Assembly: GCF_963676685.1 (NCBI RefSeq)
Contig: NC_092353.1
Span: forward strand, 28,706,001 to 28,770,000
From: Mytilus edulis
Taxonomy: Eukaryota
Length of the DNA: 64,000 nucleotides
Direction: 5' to 3'
Positions 1-12,200 of the stretch are shown piece by piece. Below the pieces are notes generated by a model that worked only from the letters and a program-made list of their open reading frames with translations, did not search any database and was not told the origin of the DNA. The position numbers and the translations under genes were made by a program. Position 1 is the stretch's first letter. Every line of letters starts with the position of its first letter.

Positions 1-384
1 CAACTAGATAGATCGTTCCTAAGTAACTAAATGTTTAGAGTCAGCACGCAGGCAGAATGTTTTATATTTTAAGTTATAATTTGTTATCCTATTTTTCTTG
101 GAATTGACAATTTATTTCCTGGTTAGTGGAAGCTCTGGGTTACACTTTGTGGTCAGTGTGGTTTTAACGTCCAAGTAACTGCATACCACTGCATTGAAGA
201 GAAGTAGCGCTCCCAGTTATCAATTGAAAAAAAACATAATTTCCTCACCTTTTCATTTTTTCCAGTTCTGAAATTAATTAATTACTTTGTATATGTATAA
301 TTGTTTTTTGTTTTTACATATTATAATGTAAAGTTAACTATATGTACTTTGCATAATGTCAAGGCATTGAACAAATAATCGTTT

Positions 385-583
385 TTGTGACGTAACTTTT
401 TTTTTTAACATGGCCTTAACACTTAGTAGTAATACATCAGTGTATAACGTACAAATATCAAGGACGAATCAAAAACGTTGTTACAAATCCGTAGAAGTTA
501 ATTTCCTCGTTTATGCATATAAATATCCATATTTTCTAGTTTAGAAATCAGATTTAATTTTGACTTGATAAAAGATATTAACA
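385..583 (+). promoter_or_regulatory. A1 promoter/5'UTR (A-proximal half of the shared promoter)
   Basis: Reverse-complement match to about 28766-28967; TGACGTAA 388-395, TATAAATA 518-525, Inr-like TCAGAT 548-553. Confidence 0.7.
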
Positions 584-3500
584 ATGGTAAGCGTTAATTT
601 AAATCAATTTTTGTTGAACAAAAACATACTTATATTTTTATAGTGAAAATGTATGAACATCTCTTAAGATTTCCTAAGTTGTATCTTCTTCTCTACGAAA
701 TGCACATAATGCAATGATCATAATGAAAGAAATATAATTTGGAAAACAAAACTTTTGCAAATGAAAATTTGGAGAAATTCATTTATTTTAAATTAATCTT
801 AAATTATATATATATAAGAGTCTACAAATGGTAAGATTTCAGTTGATTTAAAAAAAAACTACACATTTATATATATTTGTTTTCACTTTTTTATTAATTG
901 GGGATCGTGAATTTGAAACACGATGTCTAATCATTTTTATGAAGATACAAAAAAAAAAAAAAAAAGATCTTAGATTATACAAGTAATTTAAAAATTAATG
1001 CATTTGATTTTCAAAGCATTTTATCCCTGTGACATAAACTTATTATTATTAAATAGATAAATAAAACAGATAGCTGAAGATAATCATTTAGAAAATGTAT
1101 TTATTTGCTCTTAGGTTCCACTTCAACTGTATATTGCTGTTATAGTTGCAACGCTTGCTACTGCTCTCCCTAGTCCGGGTAAGGGTAAGAAATGGGAGCT
1201 CTGTCAGAAATTCGACTTGTTGTATAGACAATGTCTACCACCATCGGACTGGATTTGTGATAAGAGTCAGGTTCCAGAAACCTACGTTTCATTCAACATG
1301 TAAGTATACTCTTATCATAAAAACAATGCTATTGCGATAATTAAAAATATAATGGCAGTACTTCTGAGAAAATAACAAAGGATTGATTTCACAAAATTTT
1401 TAGTGTTCGAAGATAGGGTATTATGATAATTTTGATAAGTACTCCAAATTCACATTTCGATTATTTATGTATAATTAAGAATTAACGCTCAGGATAAAAT
1501 TAACGAATATCACGGCCCAGGCCATGTGTAAATTTCCAAAAATCTATGGCTTCCATGAATTATTTCGATTCTAATAGGACAAATGCGATCATTAAAAAAA
1601 CTGAAGCGATGGTGGGTAAAGCTGTGTGTGCGGCTGTTCTTTTTTACTCCCTGTTAGATAAAGCTAAAACATTCTAATAAATCCGTAGCTTGCATGGATT
1701 ATTTCGTGAACAACCGCTAAAATAAAAATCTGTTTCATTCTCAAAACCAACAATTGTCATTTTGATTTAAATGTTTTTCTCGTAAGCTACCGTCAAATCC
1801 AAAGTTGACATTTCGTAACTAAGGAGCCGCCATGTTGACTTGCTGAAATCAGTAAATATGCGAATAAGCAATAGAATAGAAAATCAAACAAAACCTACCT
1901 TGATAATCAATTTTAATACAATAGTAAACAACATTTCAATGGTTCACGTAACAGAAAACTTTCAACTGTAGCTTTTTCATTTGCATGACGTTATGTTTTG
2001 AAATGACTTAAATGCGCCAAAAACATTAATAGACTTTCGCGGAATTTTATTTTATTTTTATATTTTATTGGTTTCTCCGAGTTCTTGTGCATTACTTCTT
2101 TTTATTATGCATTCGAATAAGAATAAAAGTGATTTTGTCTTTTTTTAATTGCAATTTTAAAACAATAAAATCGGCAAAGGGTTTACAAATAAGTTTCAAT
2201 ACATGTGAATTTACGCGGGAAGTATATTGTAACAGCCATTTTTATGTACACCACGGAGTCTGCGCTAAGTATAGATATATCGAGAATTTTATCACAGTGT
2301 TGTTTACAAAGCGAAAGAAGCACGTCATATTAGAATCGGTTATTCTCGATACAATCGTCGAGGTTAATACAAAGCCCATTTAAACGTCAGTGAGCATTAC
2401 AACAAAAAAGACAAAAAAATGGAGGTCAAGGATCAGAATTCACACAATTGCTTCACTTGGGCACAAACAAATACCAATTAAAATTACAATCGCTAGCTTT
2501 GATATTTCATATTTTTTAAAAGCAGAATATATGTAGTACATTTGTAGATCTTGTATATTTGTTAAATTATGTTTCCGTTTTACACCAAATAGATCATTTA
2601 CCGCTTTATACAATAAAAGATTATAGAACAAGTCATACAATTTCAAATGTGATTGCATCATATAAATGCATGTGTATTTGTAAACAATTAATTTACATCC
2701 ATGTCTCTCTCTCTCTCTTACAGCCGTAAAGCAATGGATCTCTCAGATGTAGGTTTTGTGAATTACTTAAAACACAGCAGAGAATGCAATGGTGTCTCAA
2801 AACACGTATTCTCTAAACAAAATAAAATGGAGGATATCAGAGGAGCTGGGTAAATAAATCTAAAAATAGAGAATTTGCTTTCTTAGCCGTTAAGTCACCA
2901 CTGACGACTTTATAATGTTATCTTCAAACGGACCGGTCAGAGTTAAAATATTTGTTTTTGTTCTGTATCCATTTTTTGCTAGTATACATTAAGTCTTAAG
3001 TCATTCCTAAGTTTGGTTTGAGTTAATTGTTATATGGTATTTAGTAGATTCATTATTTTTGAATATGCATTGAATTTTTGACATTGGAACACCTTCACTA
3101 AAATTAATTTGGCTTGTGTAATTTTCATATTTTTTGTGTGCAAAATATTCACTTTAAAATAACCCTTTGACAAAAAAAATCAAAAAATCAAAAAACTTGA
3201 ACCACACACTTTATTGTAAATCAACCAAAGAGCAGCCAACTCTTACCAACCAAAGAGCAGACAACTCTGTCCAACCAAAGAACATACAACTCTGACCAAC
3301 CAATTTGTTAAACCTAGTTCTTTTAATCTTTTAATCTTTTAATCTTTTTTTCTTATTTTATATGATATAAAAAAATAAACTTCACCATCTGTTCAAACAT
3401 ATCAACATTTACTTCTCAATCATTATAAAACCTACATTAGACTTGTATCAAATTGTCACAAGTTGTTTTAGATTAATATTTTCATATGTTTTTTTTTCAG

Positions 3501-5302
3501 AATGACAAAAATGGCAAGAGTCCTTAAATACCCTATGTGCAGAGAGGTTAAGACGCTTGTAACCCATGTTTATAGACCATTCTATGACGCAATCACTGAT
3601 GTCAAAACAGGCTCTGAAATTTGTGAAGTTGTTTTAAGCGACAAAGCCCAAATTGTTTATAAAGTGGAGTGTTTAGGGTGAGTTAATTTCTTAGTCTCTG
3701 ACAACTATATCATTCTGTTATACAAAGAGAGCACTATGATCCAACAACCAGGTTAAGAATATAAGAAACGTTTGTGCTTTGGATGTGTGTTTGGTTGCTG
3801 TCTTACGGACGTATAAACCACACCACCTTTTATTCATTTTTTTTTATCAATAAACGATAAAATACAGAAATTAAGAAGAAAAAACGCTAAACATTTCTGA
3901 AATACAATGTAACTAACCCAACAAAAATAACATGCAACTCTCAATTCTGTAACATAGTGTGTCTGTATCATGTTAGTCTATACAAACCATAATCCTTTTT
4001 GTCTATTGTACTTTATTAATATGAGTCGGATGGAAATGGTAGGAGATTTAGGTTGTACCAATCTAATTAAAAACCAATCTCTCATCGCTCCTGTTTCTGA
4101 TATGTCGCGTGGGAGATCTAACGAAACCCGCTTTGAGGTCACATGTGAGTGACCTCGTAGGTGTGTCTTTTTCGACCAATGAAATTGAGTCTTCCCCGAT
4201 CTTGGAAGTTTAACGTAAGGCAAAGGGATGTAACTCATTTTATTTACGACGAAATCGTCAGTCATAATAATTCATAAACTTTTTTGATTGGCTTATTAAT
4301 AGGTCGTCAACTCATTTGCATATCTTTATAAATTCATGACTTTTAGTTCACTCACATGTGACCTCAAAGCCGGTTTCGTTAGATCTCCCACGCGACATAT
4401 CAGAAACAGGAGCGATGAGAGATCGGTTTTTAATTAGATTGAGGTTGTACTCTCTAATATTTTCGACATTTCCCGATATTCTTTTAAGTTAACGTATAAG
4501 TAACGGTTTCTCGCTTCCCATACATTCTAATCTTCTACTTTATAGCTTGGTATTAGTCTGCTTTTTTACAATACTATATGAATTGAATTGCCGCAGTGTA
4601 AATGTTAGAGACACATAAGGGTCTGAATTGGGTTTACATACAAGAAAATGGGTCAATATTACAGAAAATAGGCCCAAAATGAGGATAGAGCAAAATAGGC
4701 CAAAAAAGAAAGAATAAAGAGAAATGAGGTGTGAAATATAAAAAATAGAGAGTAATGAACACCCAATATATAGAAAAGACGAAAAACAAAAACATAAGAA
4801 TTAATGAATACAGTAATGGAGGACCATCTTACAGGTTTGTCATTGTAGACTTTTAATATATGCCTGTTTCTTTTTTGTTATTTTGTTCCTGTCTCATTAG
4901 GGTGTATCCCACTTCTGGTTTTATTCAATCCATTTCAAAGCGGATTATATCTCCTGCTTCACATGTTATATCTCCTGCTTCACATGTTATATCTCCTGCT
5001 TCACATGTTATATCTCCTGCTTCACATGTTATATCTCCTGCTTCACATGAAGTTATTTTGGTTATTTAATGTGTTTTTATTATTTATTTTACAGTCATAA
5101 GAGAACAACAAAATGTAGATTCCATTATGCACCACAAAAAGATTATTACTGCCGACCATCCAATTACGTCACTAGAACCATGGTAATTTTATGCCCCAGC
5201 GACAATGGAATATTTACTTACCATGTTGAGAAAATTCCAACAGCCTGTAGCTGCGTAAAGGTTGGATGTGATGATATGTTCACAACAAAAAAACTTATTT
5301 AA
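584..5302 (+). CDS. Family A copy A1: secreted Spaetzle/NGF-like cystine-knot protein, 232 aa, 5 coding exons
   Basis: Exons 584-586 (ATG|gtaag), 1115-1299, 2724-2849, 3501-3677, 5095-5302; all GT-AG, phases 0,2,2,2; 699 nt open frame. Signal-like N-terminus MVPLQLYIAVIVATLATA-LP. Knot-like region PMC...EIC...QIVYKVEC...TTKC...YYCRPSNYVTR...LCP...IPTACSC..GC. AATAAA at 5420-5425. Gene structure is firm; family assignment rests on the Cys/motif pattern only. Confidence 0.85.
4059..4441. mobile_element. Mutator-like MITE in A1 intron 4
   Basis: 94-bp terminal inverted repeats (4059-4152 / 4348-4441) and a perfect 9-bp TSD AGGTTGTAC (4050-4058, 4442-4450); not seen in the equivalent introns of A2-A4. 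Confidence 0.9.
4945..5049. repeat. 21-bp minisatellite x5 (TTATATCTCCTGCTTCACATG)
   Basis: Five perfect units just upstream of the A1 exon 5 acceptor. Confidence 0.95.
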
Positions 5303-6638
5303 AGTGAAGGAACAGTATTAAGTCACTTACAAGGGCATGTGCAATATATCTCATCCTCATCATTTATGTGTATTGTCTTTAATGTTTATGTCTACTTACA
5401 AACAACAACAATAATATTGAATAAAAAATAGATTTAAAATTTGTACTTCTATTATTGGTTATAAATAACAACGACTATGTAATGCGTGTTCTGTAGGTTG
5501 TTTTATTCATTGTATGTTGCTAAAATGTGCATTGGCATTACCTAACATTTACCAATGTCACATGAGGAGCAGGATCTGACTACGTTTCTGTAACACCTTG
5601 AACCACCTCCGGTTTTTATTGGTTTCGTGATGTTCAGTTAGTCTTTATTTTCTATGTTGTATTTTGTGTATGTTGATTGTGTTTCGTCGTGTTTTATTTC
5701 ATGAAATGGCATGGACAATTATTTCGACTTATGATATAAGGATAAAAAGATGTGGTATAATTGACAATGAGATAACTCTCATTCAGAGAGCAAATGACAT
5801 AGAAATTAACAACTAGAGGTCATAGTACGAACTTAAATAACAAGCAAAACCCATGAAACAAAGTCAGCTATAAAAGCCACCGAAAAGACAAATGTAAATC
5901 AATTCAAACGAGAAAATTAACGTATGTACAAAATAATGAACCAAAATACAAATATAATATACAACAACAAATGAAAAAAACTGAATTACAGTCTCATTAT
6001 TTGAGACAGAAAATAGAGGGGGTAATAATATTTTCGGGCACCAAATCCTATCCGATCCAGGAACATTTTGAAACAACACAGCGTATGAGTGATATACCAT
6101 AAAAATCAGTTGAAAAGGGCTACAAGGCACAAGAACACGTGACAGAGTATTTAGACATCCACACATCGAAAAAGACGCGACGTAAATGAGCTTGTGTGCA
6201 TTATTTTTATTCACTGAAACATGGATAATGTGTTGTTAAATTTTAGTTGGCGACATCCTATAATACTCTAGGCAACTGTGATCGAATGAATAGTAACATA
6301 CATGTAACTAATCAATCAAATGTAAAAAAGAAAAAGATAAAATACAAGTAAATGTACTTTTGTCAAAATTTTGTTGAATACTTCTAGTATTTGCATTAAG
6401 AATACTTTTAAAACATCTTATAGTAACATTTAGAAGTGGCTTTACGTACATGAGCTATACTTGACAAATATGTGGATTTTTATTAACTTATCTAGTATAT
6501 ATCATGAGTCTGTCGATCAAATGCAAATTATCAGACGCTAGTATAGAAATTGAGTCTACTACAACATGAGACTAAACAAGAACATTTCGATTTGATTACT
6601 ATAGGGTCACGTGTATCGGTTATACGTTAAACATAGAA

Positions 6639-7081
6639 AGAATGAAATTCAAAACAGTGTGGCTGTGGCCATTGATTGACACATTAAATTCATCCATTGA
6701 CCGGGACAATTTAGGTGAACGTTTGTATGTAACGACCACTGATCACAATGTACTTTTTAAAGACACTTAAACTATGGGGTCACCAAAGGTTCTCAACACC
6801 TTAATAAAGTAATTAGAAAAACTAATCAGAAATAACACGATGTTTTGATTTATATCAATTATATAAATCAAAACATAAAGGTTATTCCTGATTAATTTTT
6901 GAATAATTTTATAATTAAAGGCGTTAAGAAACCTTTGGTGACCCCACAGTTTAAATGTCTATCGTAGGTACGTCGTGAAAAGTGGTCGTTACAGACAAAC
7001 GTTCATGTAAATTGTCCCAGTCAATGGATAATTTAATGTGTCAATCAATGGCCACAGCCACACTGTTTTGAACTTCATTCT
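6639..7081. mobile_element. Foldback/MITE, about 440-bp imperfect palindrome
   Basis: AGAATGAAATTCAAAACAGTGTGGCTGTGGCC... mirrored by ...GGCCACAGCCACACTGTTTTGAACTTCATTCT, arms pairing almost to the centre (about 6857). Confidence 0.85.
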
Positions 7082-7656
7082 AATTTTTACGCAAGTAGAA
7101 ACATAGGGTTTTACACATGAATTGCTTACGAATTGTGAGTTCCCTACTTTCACAATCGCATTTAATTGGTTCGTGTTGTTAAATATTGAGTGATCTATTC
7201 AAGGTTTGCCGTATGCTTATTTTTCTCTCGTCTAAATTATTTTTGCCTCGGTATCGTGCGAACTTTTTCAATGTAAGATTTTTTGATTGCTTTCTTGAAA
7301 ACTTCTTTTTCCTTTCATATTAGAAGTATACCATGTCAGTGAACTATTAAAGAAATGACTGTCCGTAACACACTCGAAGTCTGTTAAAACACTTATATAG
7401 ACGTGTGAGTTATGGGATGTCACTGTCGTCCTTTACAGATATCATTAATTATCATTAGTGGGTTTTTTATGGTGATAAAAATTATCATAATTATGTACAT
7501 TTGACTTAGCACTTCAAAGAATAAATGACTATAATAGCTTTAATATAAATTTATTTACGAACCAATACCTTAACAATAACATAACAAAATTAAAAAGCAC
7601 ATAGCGAAACTTTGTAAAACATAAATATCACAGTCAGTTATATTTTCTTCTGATTT

Positions 7657-10600
7657 TCAAAACAAGCCTGGATTTTTTCTAACTATTGTTTTTTGTCTAA
7701 TTTCTTGGACGTGTACGGGTCCCTGTTTGATACCACGATTGTTAAAGGGTCCAGCAACTTCTCCAGTTAAACATTTGACTTTAACACAGCTACAAGCGGT
7801 TGATACTTTTTCTTTGTAATACTGCAATCCAGTTAATGGACAGTCAATAAGCATGGTTCTGTACACAAAATTTGTTGGTCTACAAAAATATTGCTTGAAC
7901 ACCCCATAGTCGAATCTACAGTAGTTGTTCTGTTTTCTCTCATCTCTGAAAAAAATCAAAAGTTAACTTTCAATTAAAGAATAATGAAAACAAAAAATTT
8001 ACCGTTGAATAGACTGTTTTTTTTTTATTTTTGTTTTTTTTTTATTGATTTACATCATTCAACTTTAAAGTTTATAGGAATATATATACGAGAACGACAC
8101 AATTATAAATAAAAAAATAATAATACGAATAAAAATAATCCCAGGAACGCTCGTTAGACATGTCGCCACCAATTGTTATAAAAGGCATTGCGAACATTTT
8201 GAAAAAAAAACCCCACTTGATTTTTAACGAACAAAAAATACTTCAGCTAACTCTCGAAATGAAAAAAATATTGTCTATAAATCCACAATTTAAACAATTT
8301 CAGTAACGTGAAATCTTGAAAAACAGAAGGGAAAATTGTCAAAAGTATATAGACCCAAACACTAACATCCATAAGGTGTTTCATTGGATAGCTTGAAATA
8401 TATTACACAATCTGTACTTGAGCTAATGAAAACACATGTATTAAATAAATAAGAGTGACATTACTTTACAATTACAAAAGAAAAACCCGAAATAAGTAAA
8501 CAGCCCATCAAACCAACACTCTAAATAATTTTGTAACTTTTAAAATAGATCTGTTAATGATCTAAAGGTCTGAAGCCGACAGGTCAGTCAGAAAAGAGAG
8601 ACAACGAAATACCATAATATCTCAAGACTTAAACAGAATAATGAAAGACTTAGCCAAGATATTATAACTTTTGGCATTGAACATTTTAGTTTATATTCGA
8701 TTTTATTTAAGAATTGAATGCTCTTTTTTGTAACTTTATTGGGGTGTAAAAGCGTTGACCGAAGTACATTTTGTATGAAGCGCTTCCGCGCTTCATACTA
8801 AAAATGTGCGCACGGTCAACGCTTTTACAACCCTATAAAGTTACCAAAAAAAAGCATTCAATACTCATAATTACATTTTTACCTATAGGATCATGAAAAC
8901 ACGCCTTTTATCAAGTTTTTATTTCATTTACCTGAAAAGTTGCATTGTGTAATGCAATTGATTAAGGAATATCACGAGATTTCTAGTTAGCCAATCAGAA
9001 TAACGTATTATAATGAAACATACAGCTAATGTAATTATATTTGAATGACTACTAGACGTTAACCAAGAACCAATCGACGTATTATATTTGGCTGGATAAC
9101 TTTGCAATCAAATTTCCCGTATAAGTTCAAGTGGTGATGTTTTATATCAGCAATCAAATACGATCAGTATTGCTTAGTTGCTTTTCGCGCCATGCGCTTC
9201 ATGCTAGATAAGGATTATGAAGTTTCTTTATTAAATAATGAAATACAGTTTATTATCTTACCCGTTGTAACAGTCCGTCCTGTATATTTTCTGTACGTTT
9301 CTGTCGGGGCCATTCAGTATGACCTGGCACACTTCAAAGCCTTCGGGTAATCCAGTTAGCTCGTGATATACAGTTTTGTTAATGTATTCAATTGGTACCT
9401 TAACTTCACGACAAACTGGTTTCTTTACATAATCTATTTTTTCCCTGAAATATAAATATATATTCACATTGAAACAATGTGTATCTATTGCCAACTGACT
9501 TTTTAAATTGCTATTCAACGATAATATATATATATATTTTAAAATACATTTCCGTAAATATATGAAAATAAAGACAGAAAATTAATTTAGTCATCGTTCA
9601 ACATATTAATTAATTTATGATTGCCTAAGGTCCAGTGGCAAATATTGCGTTCATGTTCAGGACGAGAAAAAACTAACAATAGATACCATAGGTCCTATTA
9701 TAGATGCCGTACGGATTGAAATACGGCGAAATTTAGGTTACCACTGAAAATGAGGATATATCGGATATATAGGTTAAAATTTTAGCCTTGGAACAGTCCA
9801 CCTACAAACCCCTTAAAAGGGTTTCTTAACGTGCAGAGAGCAAGATGCTCTACTGGAGGCATAGTTTAACGTTTATTATTGACTCAAACTGAAGGGATAA
9901 AAGGGGAGGGGATTATATAAGTTATACAAATATACACGAATTTTTGTACCAAAGCGATTCAATTCATTAAATAATCGTGCAAGCTTATTGAGTTATAAAT
10001 GGCACAAAAAAGAAAATTTTGGACTTTTTCATCGACAATAAAACTCTAAAGATCAGAAAAACGTCAATTTTATTAAATCTTAAGCGACATATTCTCATCC
10101 TGAAATACGTGTAATATTTTCAAATCCAATGGGTATTAAAACACCAATCAATTCGCCAAGTTTTTACACATTAACCCCTATCTATTATAAATGATAATTT
10201 TATTTAAAGTTTTTTTTTAGTGTTTTTTCTTTAAACCATCGTAACACTGAATTATTTGTACATTGTGTATTTAAAAAATCATGCAGAAAATTTAAGCGTA
10301 TAAGCAATATCTTCTATGATTTCTTGGTTCCACAATTTGTATTTTAGTTTGCAAGTAAAAATAAATGTGTTGTTAGTCAACTTTGTTGGATGTTTGTATA
10401 ATTTTAGACTATTAATGTACGATGTCTATTATGTAATTTGTTTTTAAATTTGTTAAGTAAATGTGTTACTTAAAAATAATGAAATAAGTTTATCAAATAT
10501 AGTTGAAATGATAATTACCCATATGGAGCAGGATCTCCTAAACATTCACTACATGACTTGATATAGTGGATAAATGATCCATCGCTCTGGGACAATTTCT

Positions 10601-11457
10601 GTCTCAATCCACGCCTACAACACAGAGGAAAAATCAAAATGACCAGACGATGCAATATTTATGAAAGTCTCACCTTTCATTAATTTTTATTTAACATACA
10701 AATAATTTTAAATTTTAATAAATGCTTTTCTCTTTTAAATGTGAACCTTACTGACGTGTCTTTGAAAGATAACGAGTCTATGGAAATACAAAACTCATTA
10801 TAGCGAAAGACTAAACAATTTGAATATATCAAAAATAAATGTAGAAATTGAATATTCAAACATTTGTAAGCATATCCTAAGGTGCATATCTTCGTGTGTG
10901 ATAAAAAAAAATAACATTCAAAAGAACTACTTACATATCTAGTGGCGAATAACCAGCCGGTTTATCACATATCCAACTCCTGTGTGGCATACACTGGTCA
11001 TACAAATACTTGTAGTTGTTGCATACGTCCATAGGTACACACGACACAGAGGCAATGATGGCACAAGTCAGTAGGAGTTTCAACTAAAAAATATTAAAAT
11101 GATTATTTCTTATGCTGATTTTTTTATAAAGACATTTCAGATTCGTATGCTGACTGGTCCAATGGTGGTTTTTAAACAGTTAACTTAATTCAAAACTTGA
11201 ATGTGTGAAATACATGTACGGTATAAGGTTTGAACTAAGAAATGATTTATAATAAAAACAAAAACAAAAACATAAAAAACTTTTGAAGAATTTGCACCAA
11301 AAACATTTTTGAAATAATTATTGTATCAGTTCTAATTATACAGAGGGGTTTATTATTTAGCAATTATTCAAAACTTTGTAAAATTTGATATTTTTATGGA
11401 ACACAGAATCTTTAAAATAAATGAATTCAAATATAACGACATTAGTTCACTTACCAT
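7657..11457 (-). CDS. Family A divergent copy A': secreted cystine-knot protein, 239 aa, with extended basic C-terminal tail
   Basis: Exons 11457-11455, 11083-10935, 10614-10519, 9444-9262, 7945-7657; GT-AG, phases 0,2,2,2; 720 nt. MLKLLLTCAIIASVSC-VPMDVC..DQC..WICDK...PVCREV...VQKIYRTDC...NYC...YFCRPTNF...STACSCVKVKC. PolyA signal (tttatt on + strand) at 7550-7555. Confidence 0.85.
8710..9040. mobile_element. Non-autonomous repeat with 150-bp hairpin in A' intron 4
   Basis: Hairpin 8713-8862 (ATTGAATGCT...AAAAGCGTTGACC...GGTCAACGCTTTT...AGCATTCAAT); right boundary approximate. Confidence 0.6.
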
Positions 11458-11748
11458 TTTTATCAGTGGTCACTTTAAGCAAATTTAAGACGTTTTGATA
11501 TAAATGGTCAAGTGTAGTCTTTATATAGCATATAGGTTGACAAATGGTGTCTTTCTTTTGACAATGATGATGAATTAGCTTACGTACATCATGGACAATG
11601 GCCATAATGACGTAGGTCCTTAGGTCAAACTATAACATACTGGTCAGCGATTGGTCAGTATGCATATATCCTTGTCGCTTAGATTTGTGTATATATAGAC
11701 ACAAGTTACTGGTGGTTAGCAGAACCAAGAAGAGACACAAGAAATAAG
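11458..11748. promoter_or_regulatory. Bidirectional promoter of the divergent pair A'/B'
   Basis: TATATAAA on - strand (11520-11527), TGACGTA 11608-11614, GCGATTGG (CCAAT) 11647-11654, TATA-like run at about 11690-11698 on +. Confidence 0.6.
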
Positions 11749-12200
11749 GTAAACTATTCTATTCTACTTCATTTTCAGCAAAAGCCAAACATTATAAAGA
11801 GTTTAAAACAGATATTTAAATTTTTAACTTTAACGCTTTAACTATTGATTCAATGTTCCATTGTTGGTTTTCCCGTTTGAATGGTTTTACACTAGTATTT
11901 TTGGGGCCCCTTTATAGCTTGCTGTTCGATGTGAGCAACAGCTCCGTGTTGAAGGTCGTAACTTGACCTATAATGGTTTACTTTTATACATTGTTACTTG
12001 TATGAAGAGTTGTCTCATTGGCACTCATACCACATCTTCCTATACCTATTAACAATTGCTTTATCAAATCATATCAAATATTGCATGATATCGTTAAGCA
12101 AAATAAGCGCTTTGGTTTTTTAATTTTGATATTAAACCTACGGCTTCAGATTGCCGTAAAACTAACGATTTGTTAATAATGTGTTCATAACTGTTTGTAG

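Noticed and set aside
1146-1340. Off-frame or antisense ORFs over true exons (also 31233-31424, 14655-14926, 44631-44929, 46171-46368, 57077-57259, 58352-58630)
   Set aside because: Shadows of the spliced A/B exons in other frames.
4860-5069. ORF with (VISPASH)n repeats
   Set aside because: Translation of an intronic 21-bp minisatellite.
11465-11660. Cluster of GGTC(A) nuclear-receptor-like half-sites in the A'/B' promoter
   Set aside because: Not conserved in the other three promoters; short motifs may be chance.
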